A stretch of DNA of 44,563 nt from a bacterium. Its GTDB lineage: Bacteria; Hydrothermota; 32-111. The notes under the pieces are model-generated. The model ran no database searches. It worked only from the letters and a program-made list of their open reading frames with translations, and was not told where the DNA came from. Every line of letters starts with the position of its first letter. Within the stretch, counting starts at the first letter, position 1. The stretch spans positions 1 to 44,563 of the forward strand of contig JBFXGO010000019.1 of the NCBI GenBank assembly GCA_050239825.1. Direction: 5' to 3'. Positions 19,271 through 29,304 of the stretch are shown here, in pieces. Made by a program: the position numbers and the translations under genes.

Positions 19271-19369
19271 TGAATGCATATACAGAGTATCTTGGTAAAG
19301 AAGGCGATGAGTTTTTAGAGTTACCTGAAAAACTCGCAGAGGCTGAGAGGCTGAAGAATAAAAAATAGT

Positions 19370-19888
19370 ATGGGTACCACTATTGCAATTAAAAAAAACA
19401 AGGAAGAAGAGCAGGTAAAAAAGGGATACTGCATGTGCGGTGTTGGGGTGATAGAGATAAAGGAGGAGAATGAAGTCATTGTATCTCTCAAATTCATAGA
19501 GGGCAAGATGAAAAAATCAGATGAGTCCCCACTGATAAAAAGAGCGGTAAAGCAGGTTGAAGAGTATTTTGCGGGAAAAAGGAAAAAGTTTGACCTGCCG
19601 GTATATATCAGCGGAACTTTATTTCAAAAGAGAGTTCTTAAAGAGGTTATGAAAGTCGGGTATGGGGAGACTGCATCCTATCAGGATATAGCAAAGAGAA
19701 TCGGCAACACCAAAGCAGTCAGGGCAGTTGGAGCCGCAAACAGGCAGAATAATGTGCCTCTTATAATCCCATGCCACAGAATCATAGGAAAGGATATGTC
19801 TGTGAAGGGGTATGCCGGAAAACAGAGAGTTAAAATTTTTCTCCTCAAACTGGAAAATCCGAATATCAAACTAAAAAATCAGGGTTGA
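19370..19888 (+). CDS. ogt: Methylated-DNA--protein-cysteine methyltransferase
   Basis: GTLFQ, YGETASY, RAVG.AN, active site IPCHR. Confidence 0.92.
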   Translation: MGTTIAIKKNKEEEQVKKGYCMCGVGVIEIKEENEVIVSLKFIEGKMKKSDESPLIKRAVKQVEEYFAGKRKKFDLPVYISGTLFQKRVLKEVMKVGYGETASYQDIAKRIGNTKAVRAVGAANRQNNVPLIIPCHRIIGKDMSVKGYAGKQRVKIFLLKLENPNIKLKNQG

Positions 19889-19937
19889 CAGAGGGGATTT
19901 AGCAGTTATAATTTATATAGAATTGTAATAATTACAA
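19885..19937 (+). promoter_or_regulatory. Promoter TTGACA-N16-TATAAT with a downstream perfect 7-1-7 box TTGTAAT-A-ATTACAA (PerR/Fur-like)
   Basis: -35 at 19885-19890, -10 at 19907-19912, palindrome at 19923-19937 just before the SD of the peroxiredoxin. Confidence 0.7.
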
Positions 19938-19947
19938 AGGAGGAAAA

Positions 19948-20604
19948 ATGGAAAATAAAGGAATCCCTCTTCTTGGAGATTTGTTTCCTGAAATGAAGGT
20001 CGTGACAACACACGGCGAAATGACTCTTCCCAATGATTTTGCAGACAAATGGTTTGTTTTATTCAGCCATCCGGGTGATTTTACCCCTGTGTGCACCACG
20101 GAATTCTATTCATTCCAGAAGAAAATTGATGAATTCAAGGCATTAAACTGCGAGCTTATAGGTTTAAGCGTTGATCAGGTCTTTGCCCACATAAAATGGG
20201 AGGAATGGATAAAGGAGAAGCTTGGAATTGAAATAACATTTCCCATAATAGCAGACACCGGAGCAGTTGCGGAAAAACTCGGACTCATTCACCCCGGCAA
20301 GGGCACAAACACCGTAAGAGCAGTATTTGTGGTGGATGCGTCAGGAAAAATAAGAATCATGCTTTACTACCCTCAGGAGCTTGGAAGGAACATGGATGAG
20401 ATAGTAAGGGCTGTAAAAGCAATGCAGATAGCAGACAAAAACGGAGTGGCAATGCCTGCAAACTGGCCAAACAATGAACTGATAAAGGATGAAGTGATTG
20501 TGCCGCCGGCAAAGGATGTAAAGACAGCAAAGGAGAGGCTGGAAAAAGCAAAAGAGGGAAGGTGGGCATGCTATGACTGGTGGCTCTGCCACAGAAAACT
20601 GTAA
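19948..20604 (+). CDS. Peroxiredoxin (Prx6 / archaeal-type)
   Basis: [24 protein letters not shown]-terminal CYDWWLC. Confidence 0.92.
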   Translation: MENKGIPLLGDLFPEMKVVTTHGEMTLPNDFADKWFVLFSHPGDFTPVCTTEFYSFQKKIDEFKALNCELIGLSVDQVFAHIKWEEWIKEKLGIEITFPIIADTGAVAEKLGLIHPGKGTNTVRAVFVVDASGKIRIMLYYPQELGRNMDEIVRAVKAMQIADKNGVAMPANWPNNELIKDEVIVPPAKDVKTAKERLEKAKEGRWACYDWWLCHRKL

Positions 20605-20625
20605 GCAGTTTTAAATTAAATGTCA

Positions 20626-20656
20626 GGGCGGACTCTCTTGTCCGCCCCTTCAATTT
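20626..20656 (+). terminator. Probable terminator hairpin
   Basis: GGGCGGAC-TCTCTT-GTCCGCCC with a weak U tract. Confidence 0.6.
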
Positions 20657-20701
20657 CTCAAATATTCACTTTGCAAATTCCGATTGCTTTTTACTTTTCC
20701 C

Positions 20702-20730
20702 TTGACTATTGAATAATAATAAAATATAAT
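20702..20730 (+). promoter_or_regulatory. Promoter TTGACT-N17-TATAAT for the panD operon
   Basis: Near-consensus boxes. Confidence 0.65.
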
Positions 20731-20756
20731 ATAACGCTAATTAAATAGAGGAGTTT

Positions 20757-21125
20757 ATGAACAGATTAATGCTTAAGTCGAAAATTCATAATGCAAGGGT
20801 GACTGTGGCGGACATCAATTATGAAGGGAGCATTTCAATTGACGAGGATCTGATGAAGGCTACCGACATACTTCCCAATGAAAAGGTTCTGGTTATAGAC
20901 ATTGAGAATGGCGAAAGGTTTGAGACATATGTAATAAAAGCAAAGAGCGGTTCAAAGGAGATTGGAGTCAACGGAGGAGCCGCGCGACTCGTTCAGAAGC
21001 AAGACAGGCTCATCATTATGTCATTCTCTTCATTCAGCGAAGAGGAACTGAAAGAGTACACCGCAAAAATAATTATACTGAACAAAGAGAATGAAATCAC
21101 AGATTCGTTTGCCAGAGGAATATAA
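20757..21125 (+). CDS. panD: Aspartate 1-decarboxylase
   Basis: MLKSKIH, YEG/SI self-cleavage site, NGERFETY, NGGAAR. Confidence 0.95.
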   Translation: MNRLMLKSKIHNARVTVADINYEGSISIDEDLMKATDILPNEKVLVIDIENGERFETYVIKAKSGSKEIGVNGGAARLVQKQDRLIIMSFSSFSEEELKEYTAKIIILNKENEITDSFARGI

Positions 21126-21960
21126 AGCTCTCCTGCACTCAAAGAGAGACCTTGCGGAAGTCGGGTTTATTATCTCTGAGAAAAAACATATTCACACAGT
21201 CTGCTCGGAAGCAAAATGCCCCAACATAGGAAAATGCTTCAAATCGGGAACTGCGACCTTTTTGGTCATGGGTTCCAAATGCACGAGAATGTGCGCTTTC
21301 TGCGCAATTGAAAAATCTTTGCCCGATTCTCTTGATTACAGAGAGGCCGACGAGGTGATTGAAGCCATAGGCATGATGAATCTCGATTACACTGTTATAA
21401 CCTCTGTGACAAGGGATGACCTTGAAGACGGCGGAGCATCATATTTTGATTTTTTAACTAACAAAATAAAGGGAAGGTATCCTTCAATCAAAATTGAAAC
21501 TCTTGTTCCGGATTTCAGACAGAATTTGAAAAACATCTCAAAACTAAGTCTTGAAAACATAGATGTCTTTAACCATAATCTGGAGACGGTGAAGTTACTC
21601 TATCCTCTTGTGAGATTCAAAGCTGATTACGATTTTTCACTTTCAATGCTCAGAGAGGCAAAGAGAATGGGGTTTATAACAAAGACGGGAATCATGGTCG
21701 GTCTGGGAGAGACAAAAGAAGAGCTTGAACTGCTTTTTAAAGATGCGTCTGCTGCAGCCGTGGATATAATAACCATAGGACAGTATTTCATGCCGTCAAA
21801 GAACCACTTTCAGGTGAAGAAATATTACCTTACAGAGGAATTTGAAGAACTTGAATATTTGGCTGTAAAATCGGGAATAAAGAAGGCTGTCTCAGGAGTT
21901 TTCGTGAGATCATCCTACAATGCATATGAAACATACAAGGAAGTGAAGAATGATGAATAA
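21091..21960 (+). CDS. lipA: Lipoyl synthase
   Basis: CSEAKCPNIGKC (CX4CX5C), CTRMCAFC, RDDL.DGGA, RSSY. Confidence 0.93.
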   Translation: MKSQIRLPEEYKALLHSKRDLAEVGFIISEKKHIHTVCSEAKCPNIGKCFKSGTATFLVMGSKCTRMCAFCAIEKSLPDSLDYREADEVIEAIGMMNLDYTVITSVTRDDLEDGGASYFDFLTNKIKGRYPSIKIETLVPDFRQNLKNISKLSLENIDVFNHNLETVKLLYPLVRFKADYDFSLSMLREAKRMGFITKTGIMVGLGETKEELELLFKDASAAAVDIITIGQYFMPSKNHFQVKKYYLTEEFEELEYLAVKSGIKKAVSGVFVRSSYNAYETYKEVKNDE

Positions 21961-22726
21961 AAACAAGACAAAGGTCATTTTGGTATTAAGCAACAAGGGG
22001 GGCACGGGAAAATCGACCTTGTTAGCGAACACGGCGTACCTGCTTGCAACCCTATTCAACAGAAAGGTGGGTGTGATAGATTTGGATTTTCATTCTCCCG
22101 ACCTTCCGTCGATATTCGGAGTAGAATCCCGCAAACTCGGAATGCAGAATAAGAGACTGATGCCTGTCAAGATTCTTCCCAATCTGTATATGGTCTCTTA
22201 CGGTTTTTACCTGACAGACAAGAAGCTGCCCATAATAATGAGGGGAGTTCAGGAGAAGCTTGTCGCCGAGCAGTTCATAAATTCTGTGGACTGGTCTGAG
22301 TATGAAATTCTTTTGATTGATGTGCCCTCAAATCTTTCGGATGGAGCTTTGACTGTGGTGGATGAAATAAAACCAATTGACGGAGCAATAATAACCACGA
22401 GTTCGCAGGATATATCTCTTGTTGACACTGAAAGGTCTATACAATTTTCACTCCAGTACTCAATACCCATACTCGGAATGGTTGAAAACATGTCATATCT
22501 GAACTGCCCTCAGTGCTCTGCAAAGCTTGAACTCTACAAGAGGGAGAACTTTGAAGCTCTAACTGATTTTTATAAACTGGAAATTTTAGGCAGAATCCCC
22601 TTTGAACGCGAAATACTGATTTCTGTGGATGTGGGAGTGCCCTTTGTGGAAAAGTGCAAAGAGAATCCTCAGACAGAGTCATTCAAGCAGATAGCAGAAA
22701 AAATAAATCAAAAAATATTCAAATGA
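21950..22726 (+). CDS. Second, divergent Mrp/NBP35-family ATPase
   Basis: SNKGGTGKST, DLDFHSP, IIMRG, VENMS..CPQC; lacks the PPGTGD motif. Confidence 0.8.
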   Translation: MMNKNKTKVILVLSNKGGTGKSTLLANTAYLLATLFNRKVGVIDLDFHSPDLPSIFGVESRKLGMQNKRLMPVKILPNLYMVSYGFYLTDKKLPIIMRGVQEKLVAEQFINSVDWSEYEILLIDVPSNLSDGALTVVDEIKPIDGAIITTSSQDISLVDTERSIQFSLQYSIPILGMVENMSYLNCPQCSAKLELYKRENFEALTDFYKLEILGRIPFEREILISVDVGVPFVEKCKENPQTESFKQIAEKINQKIFK

Positions 22727-23523
22727 AAATACTTTCTGTCTCTACAATTATCTTCAACAACGGAGAGCTTGATTGGAGCTCAATAAAAAACGCGGGTTTT
22801 GATTTTGTGGAGGCAAGGTGCGATGATATAATTCCGGATGACGACCCGTCGGTTTTAGAGGATATCGGAAAAACTCTGAAAAAGAACTCCCTGACACTCT
22901 CTTCAATACACTCTTTTTACAGAGGTGTGGACATATCTTCTGAAGACAGGTGGCTGAAGACAAAATCAATAAGGGAGATAGAAAAATCAATAGCTACGGC
23001 ACACTGCCTCTCATGCGGCAATGTCGTTATTCACCTGTCGGACAGAATTAAAAACCAAGAGAGCAAGGAAAAACTTCTTTCAAATGCCTTAGAATCTGTG
23101 AAAGAAGCTTCAATTCTTGCACAGAGGTTTTCTGTAAAGCTCCTGCTGGAGAATCTTCCTACCGGTATGCTTTTGTCGGATACAGATGAGCTTGAGAGGG
23201 TGGTAGGCATGGGATTCAATCTTTGCTTTGATTTAGGTCATGCGCTTTTAACCGGCATCGACCCGGTGGAATTTTGCAGAAGGCACAAAAGCAATATAAG
23301 AGAAATCCATGTGCACTTTAATAACGGCTCATCAGACTCTCATTCATTTTTCACAGGTATCAGAGAGCAGAGATTATTGTCTGAAGTATCATCCGTACTG
23401 CCTGATGATATGATTTACACTCTTGAAATGAAGCCGGAGAGAAGTTTGACTGAAATGAACAAAGTTCTCAAAATGGCTTTAAATACAAAACCCGAAGAAG
23501 GAAGCAAAGATGATACCCATTAA
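22723..23523 (+). CDS. Sugar phosphate isomerase/epimerase (xylose isomerase-like TIM barrel)
   Basis: SIH, VIH, LLEN, CFDLGH, EIHVH, DSH, TLE metal motifs; ATGA overlap start at 22723. Confidence 0.8.
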   Translation: MKILSVSTIIFNNGELDWSSIKNAGFDFVEARCDDIIPDDDPSVLEDIGKTLKKNSLTLSSIHSFYRGVDISSEDRWLKTKSIREIEKSIATAHCLSCGNVVIHLSDRIKNQESKEKLLSNALESVKEASILAQRFSVKLLLENLPTGMLLSDTDELERVVGMGFNLCFDLGHALLTGIDPVEFCRRHKSNIREIHVHFNNGSSDSHSFFTGIREQRLLSEVSSVLPDDMIYTLEMKPERSLTEMNKVLKMALNTKPEEGSKDDTH

Positions 23524-24256
23524 AACCGATAAGGAGATACAGCTGATGAGGGATGGAGGGAAGATACTCTCTGAGATTCTAAGCGACGCAGGAGAGCTTC
23601 TTGAAGATGGAATAACGACTTTGGAAGTTGAGATGAAGATACGGAGAATGCTTAAGAACAAAAGCGTGAAATCGCCATTTTTCGGATACAGGGGCTATCC
23701 GTCAGCTTCATGCATATCTGTCAATGAAGAGGTTGTACACGGGATACCATCAAAAAGGAAGATTGTCAACGGGGACATTGTGTCAATAGACCTTGGAGTG
23801 ACATACAAAGGCTACAATACTGACGCGGCGCGCACATTCATTGTGGGTGTCTGCGATGAAGAATCCTCAAAGCTTGTCTCTGCAACAAGAGAAGCGTTCT
23901 TTGCCGGAGCGGCAATGGCTGTTGATGGGAATTTCCTCTACGATATTTCCAGCGAAATAGAGAGGGTGATAAAAGGCAATAACTTCACACTGGTCAGGGA
24001 ATTCGTCTCTCACGGAGTGGGCAGAAAGCTTCATGAAGAGCCGTTTTTTGTAAATTTCGGAAAGAAAAACACAGGACCTAAACTCAAAAAAAATATGACT
24101 CTTGCAATAGAGCCGATGGTTAATGCGGGAATATACAATGTTGTGATACTTGAAGACGGATGGACTGCCGTAACTGCTGACAGAAAGCGCTCAGCGCATT
24201 ATGAGAACACTGTAGCAGTGGGCGAAGACAGATGTGAAATATTAACTGAAAAATAA
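23510..24256 (+). CDS. map: Type I methionine aminopeptidase
   Basis: CISVNEEVVHGIP, DIVSID, HGVGRKLHEEP, AIEPM, SAHYENT. Confidence 0.95.
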   Translation: MIPIKTDKEIQLMRDGGKILSEILSDAGELLEDGITTLEVEMKIRRMLKNKSVKSPFFGYRGYPSASCISVNEEVVHGIPSKRKIVNGDIVSIDLGVTYKGYNTDAARTFIVGVCDEESSKLVSATREAFFAGAAMAVDGNFLYDISSEIERVIKGNNFTLVREFVSHGVGRKLHEEPFFVNFGKKNTGPKLKKNMTLAIEPMVNAGIYNVVILEDGWTAVTADRKRSAHYENTVAVGEDRCEILTEK

Positions 24257-24265
24257 GGAGTAAAA

Positions 24266-25627
24266 ATGGAAAAGAAGCTTAATTACGAGAGAAAGAGCTG
24301 TTGGCTGAAATACTCTGAGAAAGAGGTCAGGGATGTTCACAGTTACTCTGAGCAGTACAAGGAATTCCTCACAAACTCCAAGACAGAGCGCCTCTCTGTA
24401 GAAAATATCAGGAAACTGGCAATTAAAAACAAATTTTCTGAAAGTTCAAAGAGCTGTTTCTACATTGAGAACAGACTCAAGAATCTTGCCCTCGTGAAAA
24501 TGGGTCATATATCTCCTCTGAAAGGAATAAACTTCATAGGTTCGCATGTTGATGTTCCGAGAATAGACCTCAAACAGGTTCCTCTCTATGAGAAGGAAAA
24601 CATCGCGCACTTCAAGACGCACTACTACGGAGGCATAAAGAAATACCATTGGCTTTCAAGGCCTCTGGCGATTTACGGAGTTATTTTCCTTAAGAACGGA
24701 AAGAAGGTTGACATAGCAATAGGCGATGATGAGAGAGACCCGGTCTTTGCAATCAATGACCTTCTTCCGCATCTGTCGCGCTCCCAGTACACAAAAACTG
24801 TAAGCGAAGCATTTGAAGGGGAGAAGCTGAATATAATAGTAGGCTCCATACCTATGAAGAAGGTTGAGAAGGATGCTGTAAAGGCAAACATTCTTAAAAT
24901 AATCAATGAAAAATATTCAATAGAAGAGGAAGATTTCGTTTCAGCCGAAATTGAAGTGGTGCCTCAGGGAAAGGCTCATGACATAGGATTTGACAGAGGT
25001 CTTGTCGGAGGCTACGGGCATGATGACAGGATTTGCGGATACACCTCTGCGACTGCACTGTTTGAGGCAAAAAACAAGAGGGTTGCATGCGTCATACTCT
25101 ATGACAAGGAAGAGGTCGGCTCTCAGGGAGCCACCGGAGCCCAGTCAAAATTTATTGAGGACATAATAATAGAAATTTTGAAGAGAGCGGGAGAGAAACC
25201 CACTTACGAAAATATAAGAACTGTCATGAAGAACAGCGATCTTTTGTCAAGCGATGTATCCTGCGGGATAGACCCGGATTTTCAGGAAGTTCACGAGCAG
25301 AACAATGGAGCAAAGATAGGCTTCGGAGTTGTGATAACCAAGTACACCGGTTCAGGCGGCAAATACGGAGCAAATGATTCGGGAGCCGAGTTCGTCTTCA
25401 AAGTGAGAGACATATTCAACAAGGCAGGAGTGAACTGGCAGACGGCAGAGCTTGGAAAGGTCGATGCCGGCGGCGGAGGCACAATAGCGGCCTACCTCGC
25501 AAATCACGGCATGAGTGTAATAGATTGCGGCACGGCACTTCTCGGCATGCATTCCCCGTTTGAAATAGCTTCAAAGGCGGATATTTTTGAAACTCACAAA
25601 GGATACAAGGCTTTCTTTGAGGCATAA
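24266..25627 (+). CDS. M18 family aminopeptidase
   Basis: SHVDVPRIDLK, HYYGGIKKY, GHDDR, DKEEVGS, GMHSPFE. Confidence 0.92.
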   Translation: MEKKLNYERKSCWLKYSEKEVRDVHSYSEQYKEFLTNSKTERLSVENIRKLAIKNKFSESSKSCFYIENRLKNLALVKMGHISPLKGINFIGSHVDVPRIDLKQVPLYEKENIAHFKTHYYGGIKKYHWLSRPLAIYGVIFLKNGKKVDIAIGDDERDPVFAINDLLPHLSRSQYTKTVSEAFEGEKLNIIVGSIPMKKVEKDAVKANILKIINEKYSIEEEDFVSAEIEVVPQGKAHDIGFDRGLVGGYGHDDRICGYTSATALFEAKNKRVACVILYDKEEVGSQGATGAQSKFIEDIIIEILKRAGEKPTYENIRTVMKNSDLLSSDVSCGIDPDFQEVHEQNNGAKIGFGVVITKYTGSGGKYGANDSGAEFVFKVRDIFNKAGVNWQTAELGKVDAGGGGTIAAYLANHGMSVIDCGTALLGMHSPFEIASKADIFETHKGYKAFFEA

Positions 25628-25635
25628 AAAAACTA

Positions 25636-25663
25636 TTGCAATATTTAATTATATAAATATAAT
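25636..25663 (+). promoter_or_regulatory. Promoter TTGCAA-N16-TATAAT for the polysaccharide locus
   Basis: Near-consensus boxes in an AT-rich intergenic gap. Confidence 0.5.
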
Positions 25664-25691
25664 TGTTAAAAATAAAAAGGAGTAAGGGCAA

Positions 25692-26147
25692 ATGAAAAAG
25701 GTCTTAGTCGCCTTAGCATTATTAGTTATTATATTATCGTCGGTATATTCACAGGACTTAAAGAGCTACTACTATTCTCCAAATGAAGAGAATATGCTTA
25801 TGATAAGAGTGAATATCTGGGGTTATGTTCACAATCCGCAGACAGTCCTGATACCCGATGGAACAGACCTTGTCACAGGTCTCTCTTATGCGGGAGGACC
25901 CAACGAAAATGCAAATATAAATTATGTAGTGATACTTCATGCTGACGGCGCAAAGACAATTTGCGACATAGAAAAGTTTAAAAGCGAAGATAACAGGTCG
26001 CACAATCCGATTCTTCGGCCCGGAGACACTGTGATGATTAAAGGCAACTTTGTGTATCATCTGACTACTTTCATCAGGCGCATCTATGAAGTGGCAGTGA
26101 TTGCCAATATAGCTGTTCTTGTTTATAACGCCTTTTTTGCAGAATAA
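25692..26147 (+). CDS. SLBB-domain polysaccharide export (Wza-like) small protein
   Basis: VNIWGYVHNP, LSYAGGP, LRPGDTV; C-terminal helix; directly upstream of wzc. Confidence 0.75.
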   Translation: MKKVLVALALLVIILSSVYSQDLKSYYYSPNEENMLMIRVNIWGYVHNPQTVLIPDGTDLVTGLSYAGGPNENANINYVVILHADGAKTICDIEKFKSEDNRSHNPILRPGDTVMIKGNFVYHLTTFIRRIYEVAVIANIAVLVYNAFFAE

Positions 26148-26162
26148 CCAACCAAGAGGTGA

Positions 26163-28337
26163 ATGATGTTAGAGGAAATACACGAAAAGGAAAAGCTCTC
26201 TCTAAATGAATATATTACGATTTTCCGCAAGTATAAATTTATAATTGTGGGAATCGCCGCCGCCATAGTTCTGATATCAATGATATTCACATTCGTGGAA
26301 AAGCCCATCTATGTGGCAAAGACTGTGCTGATGCTGGAAAAAATAAATACAGGTAGCACATTTTTTCAGGTGACAGACCCCATAGGAATGCTTGCGATGA
26401 TGAACAATCAGATTCAGATAATCAAATCGCGGAAACTTTTTGTCAGAGTCAATGAGGGTTTCAGGACTGATACTGTCTTGAAGAACATGGGTTATGAAAA
26501 TGTAGCCGCATCAAGGAACAGGGTCTCGGTCTTCTCAATACAGGACACATACATTATTGAAATTTCCTACAAGGACAATGACCCGTTTTTGGCGGCGTAT
26601 ATAGCCAACAAGATAGCTGAAGAGTATTACATAATGAATCTTGAGATGCAGAAGTCAACTGTATCTCAGGTGAGGCTCTTCCTTGAAGAGCAGTTGATAA
26701 AAATCGAAGGGGAGCTTAATAGGGCTGAAATGCTTTTGAGAGACTATAAAAAATCCACCAAAATATCCACTCTCGAAAGGGAGACCGAACTTCTGATACA
26801 ACAGCTTTCAACATTTGAAGCAGAGTACAACAAAGTTCTTATGGAGATAGAGGCAAACCAAAAGAAGAGGGAATACCTAACAGCAACTTTGAATGAAACA
26901 CAGAAAAATCTTGTGGATGACATAAGCAACTACAAATCCTCCGTAATGGAACAGGTGCTTGCCGAAATAACGAAGACGGAATCAGTAAAAGCGAGTTATA
27001 TATCACAGGGATATTCAAAAGACCATCCGAAGATAAAGGAGATGGACGGCAGAATAGAGCAATTGAAGGAGCAGTTGAGAACAGAATCGGCAAAGACATA
27101 TCAGGACAGACTCGTAACCGCAGACCCTGTAAAATATTCAAATCAGCTGGTTGAAGACCTTCTGCTGATAAATACGAATATCGCGTTTTTAAATGCTCAG
27201 AAGGATGGACTCTCATCGGTCCTTGACTCATACAACAGACAGATAGAAAAACTCCCCGACCAAGCGATACAGCTTGCCCGTCTGCAAAGAAATGCGACAG
27301 TCAACGAAGAGATATACCTCATGCTCAAAAAAAGGTATGAGGAGGCGAAACTGCAGGAGGTCGCTGAGGTGGGGAACATAAGGATAGTGGACGAGGCGGT
27401 AAAGCCCAATCCGAACAATCCTGTGAGTCCCCAAAAAGACAAGAACCTTGTTCTTGGACTCATAACCGGTGTTCTTCTCGGAGTGACTGTGGCATTCATA
27501 CTCTTCTTCCTTGACGAATCCGTCAAGACAACCGAAGAGATTGAAGTTTACACAGGAGAGCAGATTCTCGGAATAATCACATTCATTGGAAATGCTCACG
27601 GAAAGAGGAGCAAACAGTCCAAAAAAGTTTCCGAGGATGAAATGATAGAGAAAATGCGCTCAAAGCTGATTACCAACATGGAACCGCATGCGCCCATAGC
27701 AGAGGCATACAGAAGCATCAGAACTCAGCTGAAATATAGAAGTAAAGAGGGTGAGAAGCTTGTTTATGTAATGACCTCGTCAATTCCGGGTGAGGGAAAA
27801 TCGACTACTCTCACAAACCTTGCAATAACTATCGCCAATCTTGGAAAAAAGACTGTGATTATAGACGCAGATATGAGAAAGCCGGTTGTGCATAAGATAT
27901 TCAATGTAAGGAACGGAATCGGACTCGCCCACTATATTAACAGGAAGGCGACATTTGAGGAGATACTGAGAGTGACAGATATTGAAAATCTTGATGTCAT
28001 TACATACGGAACAAGGCCTATAAATCCATCGGAACTTCTTGAAAGTGAAGTGATGAAAGAGCTTCTCGATGTGTGCAGGGCGAAATATGATTATATCTTT
28101 ATTGACTCTCCTCCGGTGAATGTTGTGACTGACCCAATAATTTTAGCCAATTACGCCGATAAGGTGCTTTGGGTCGTATCGCCGGGCCGCTCCAAGAGAA
28201 AGGACCTGCGTCACGCGAAGAAACTTTTGATACCTGTCAAGAGAAAGATACAGGGAGTCATAGTAAACAATGCAAAGACTGATGTGGCTTCATACTACTC
28301 TGTATATTACAAGAAATACTATGGAGAAGGAGCATAA
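26163..28337 (+). CDS. wzc: Polysaccharide co-polymerase / BY-kinase
   Basis: Two TMs, coiled coil, [26 protein letters not shown], Tyr cluster [10 protein letters not shown]. Confidence 0.92.
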   Translation: MMLEEIHEKEKLSLNEYITIFRKYKFIIVGIAAAIVLISMIFTFVEKPIYVAKTVLMLEKINTGSTFFQVTDPIGMLAMMNNQIQIIKSRKLFVRVNEGFRTDTVLKNMGYENVAASRNRVSVFSIQDTYIIEISYKDNDPFLAAYIANKIAEEYYIMNLEMQKSTVSQVRLFLEEQLIKIEGELNRAEMLLRDYKKSTKISTLERETELLIQQLSTFEAEYNKVLMEIEANQKKREYLTATLNETQKNLVDDISNYKSSVMEQVLAEITKTESVKASYISQGYSKDHPKIKEMDGRIEQLKEQLRTESAKTYQDRLVTADPVKYSNQLVEDLLLINTNIAFLNAQKDGLSSVLDSYNRQIEKLPDQAIQLARLQRNATVNEEIYLMLKKRYEEAKLQEVAEVGNIRIVDEAVKPNPNNPVSPQKDKNLVLGLITGVLLGVTVAFILFFLDESVKTTEEIEVYTGEQILGIITFIGNAHGKRSKQSKKVSEDEMIEKMRSKLITNMEPHAPIAEAYRSIRTQLKYRSKEGEKLVYVMTSSIPGEGKSTTLTNLAITIANLGKKTVIIDADMRKPVVHKIFNVRNGIGLAHYINRKATFEEILRVTDIENLDVITYGTRPINPSELLESEVMKELLDVCRAKYDYIFIDSPPVNVVTDPIILANYADKVLWVVSPGRSKRKDLRHAKKLLIPVKRKIQGVIVNNAKTDVASYYSVYYKKYYGEGA

Positions 28338-28338
28338 T

Positions 28339-29304
28339 ATGAAGAGGGCTCTAATAACCGGAATTACAGGTCAGGATGGTTCATACCTCGCTGAATATCT
28401 GCTTGAGAAAGGATATGAGGTTTATGGAATGGTAAGAAGGTCTTCCACGGAGAATTTTGAGAGGATAAATCACATAAAAGAAAAGATAGGATTCTATCAG
28501 GCAGACCTTCTTGATTTTTCATCTTTGATTGAGATGGTTGACGAAGTGAAACCCGATGAAATATATAATCTCGCCGCCCAGTCATTCGTGCCTACTTCAT
28601 GGAAGCAGCCAATTTTGACAGGGGAGTTCACTGCGCTCGGAGTGACCCGCATTCTTGAGGCCATTAAACTGACAAACAAAAAGATAAAGCTCTATCAGGC
28701 ATCTTCCAGCGAGATGTTCGGAAAAGTGCTTGAAGTGCCTCAGAAGGAAAATACTCCTTTCTATCCCCGTTCCCCCTATGGCGTGGCAAAAGTATATGGG
28801 CATTTTATCACAGTGAATTACCGCGAGAGCTACGGAATATTCGCCTGCTCTGGAATACTCTTCAACCACGAGAGTCCGAGAAGGGGCAGGGAATTCGTGA
28901 CAAAGAAGATAACCGAATCAGTGGCTAAGATAAAGCTTGGTCTTCAGGAGAAGCTTCATCTTGGAAATCTTAAAGCAGAACGCGACTGGGGTTTCGCGGG
29001 AGACTATGTGAGAGCAATGCATCTCATGCTTCAGCATGAAAAACCGGAAGATTTTGTGATAGCCACCGGAGAGACCCACTCTGTTGAAGAGTTTGCCAAA
29101 ATAGCATTTGACCGCGTCGGTCTGGACTACAAGAAATATGTTGTTGTCGATGAAAAATTCATGCGGCCTGCGGAAGTTGATCAGCTTGTGGGAGATTATT
29201 CCAAAGCCAAGAGACTTCTTAAATGGGAGCCCTCAGTGACTTTCAAACAACTGGTCGAAATGATGGTCGATTTCGATATGGAAACTCTCGGGAAACAGCG
29301 GTAG
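28339..29304 (+). CDS. gmd: GDP-mannose 4,6-dehydratase
   Basis: [37 protein letters not shown]; the SD supports ATG 28339. Confidence 0.95.
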   Translation: MKRALITGITGQDGSYLAEYLLEKGYEVYGMVRRSSTENFERINHIKEKIGFYQADLLDFSSLIEMVDEVKPDEIYNLAAQSFVPTSWKQPILTGEFTALGVTRILEAIKLTNKKIKLYQASSSEMFGKVLEVPQKENTPFYPRSPYGVAKVYGHFITVNYRESYGIFACSGILFNHESPRRGREFVTKKITESVAKIKLGLQEKLHLGNLKAERDWGFAGDYVRAMHLMLQHEKPEDFVIATGETHSVEEFAKIAFDRVGLDYKKYVVVDEKFMRPAEVDQLVGDYSKAKRLLKWEPSVTFKQLVEMMVDFDMETLGKQR

